A DNA stretch of 64,000 bases from Balanoglossus misakiensis (Eukaryota; Animalia; Hemichordata), in assembly GCA_040954595.2 (NCBI GenBank), contig CM082596.2:9506461-9570460 (forward strand), in the 5' to 3' direction. A program made the translations under genes and the position numbers. The notes beneath the pieces were generated by a model. It was given only the letters and a program-made list of their open reading frames with translations. It searched no databases and was not told where the DNA came from. This document shows, piece by piece, positions 62,554 to 64,000 of the stretch (position 1 is its first letter; each line of letters starts with the position of its first letter).

Positions 62554-64000
62554 CAGGGCTTTTGAATTGAATTGCCACATCGAGGCTCTTATCTCATAAT
62601 GAACTTTACACTTGAAGTATTGTTTTGAACAAGGTTTAAGTCCTTTATTAAAATAAAGAAACGGTAATTTTTTCCAATGGTTGTGAGTTTTCAGTACATG
62701 TACTGTTACACCTAGCTTTATTATTATTTGGTAGCCAAAATTCAACGAATTATTCATACAATATGCAAATTTGTGCATAATTATTGTTTTATTATTGCTA
62801 TTTTGTGTTTATCCAACCAAAAAAGTTGTTGATGTAAACATGTAGTTTATTTTCATTGTTTAAGGAGGTACGTGAACATTTCTTTGATGCTATTCATGTG
62901 AGAACTGCGATCCTTGGCGGCCATATTTGATTTGCCAAAACGAGGCTCTTATCTCAAAAAGATCTTTTGGGAACAGGCATTTTCGAAATCAGCGTAGTCG
63001 AATTAACCAAAAAACATATTTGGTTTGCTTGTACCAAAAAATGCCAGAGGGGGTCACAATTTCTCAAATCTCCACCTGACTATACCCAAACAACATGAAA
63101 ATCACGCACCCTTTTTTAAAACTCTAGACCTAGGTAAAATAATTGCCTGAACATTTTTCATCAGATCCCTTCTATATTTCCAAACACTTCTTGAACACAA
63201 ATCCAAAAATCCAATGGTCACATAATCTAATCCAAACACACCCTTCAAATAAATCTATGTCATATAATCCAATCAAAGCACATATTTCAAATACATTTAC
63301 ATCCAACAATTGTCAGGAAAATGTGGAATTGAAAGTCTCTAGAGCTGCCACTTTTTAGCATTAATTTCCATCTTAAATTAGTCCATCTAAATAAGCTTAC
63401 TTAGGTATACATGAACACCTTATCAATGCCCGATTATGACTGCATGTTGCAATTTGAACACTTTTGTATTAAAACGGTGCCGCACCCATTTCATCGGCCT
63501 CCATACAAACAGTACGCAGCTATCGTGGTATGCGTCGCCAAAAGATGACAAACTGATTCAAATGCAAGTAATATGGCTTAAGTTGAGGATTTAGAGGATA
63601 GGGAATATATTTGAAGTATTTTATTGTTGAAAAATGTGAAATTTGGCAGCTATACAGGCTTTAATAGACAGGCATTGAAATGACTTTACAAACAAATTTT
63701 TCTTGAATGTTTAAGGCAGACAGAATCAACCCACAGTCAGCCTAAAATATATAAACTATTACAAAATGTTAATTAAATGGAAAATTTTGAAAAAATTTGC
63801 TTGGCCACTCATTTGATTGCATTTTTTCCATTTCATATGTTAGGCATGGTATATCATATAATTTGTTGTGTTGTGTATATATTATGCTTGAAAACCAATT
63901 GACGGAAATATTAATTTAGAATAATGGTTATATTTTGAGAAATCACAAATATTTCTACATCACTCCCACATCATTGGTTGCTTAGCAACAGACATTCACC

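Larger units (their letters stand above)
58779..63082. mobile_element. Academ-like non-autonomous DNA transposon, 4.3 kb, ~125-bp imperfect TIRs, 3-bp TSD (TAC)
   Basis: tac|cagtcaggtgga...ggcattttttggtacaagc...cgctgatttcgaa..tgcctgttcccaaaa at left, with the reverse complement ending tccacctgacta|tac at right. Confidence 0.72.

Overview
Eukaryotic (animal, probably marine invertebrate; inferred from TE content and spliceosomal introns) repeat-dense window with no prokaryotic features. The first 30 kb is a giant inverted duplication: 1196-5580 + 10842-16759 mirrors 19711-30144 around a 2.95 kb spacer. Each arm contains a Tx1/L1 LINE, a ~500-bp satellite, a BEL/Pao LTR element and the 5' half of an atypical Gypsy-like element (RT motif IADD). 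A 5.26 kb CACTA/EnSpm-type element (TA TSD, BEN-domain remnant) inserted into the left arm only. To the right are an APE-RT LINE fragment and the intact terminal exon of a DAPK-like ROCO gene (COR + death domain). Next come a decayed 11-exon Kolobok-type transposase gene that the ORF track mostly misses, a Helentron/HINE with 146-bp repeats and a P-type MITE. A decayed spliced gene for a large, unclassified DDE transposase with RAG1/Transib/Chapaev-like motifs plus a SAP motif follows, with its last exon tandemly duplicated, then nested Academ-like elements. Four unrelated non-autonomous elements share a 'long hairpin + short-IR-bounded body' architecture (Crypton-like, inferred). All calls are by eye; no database searches were run.
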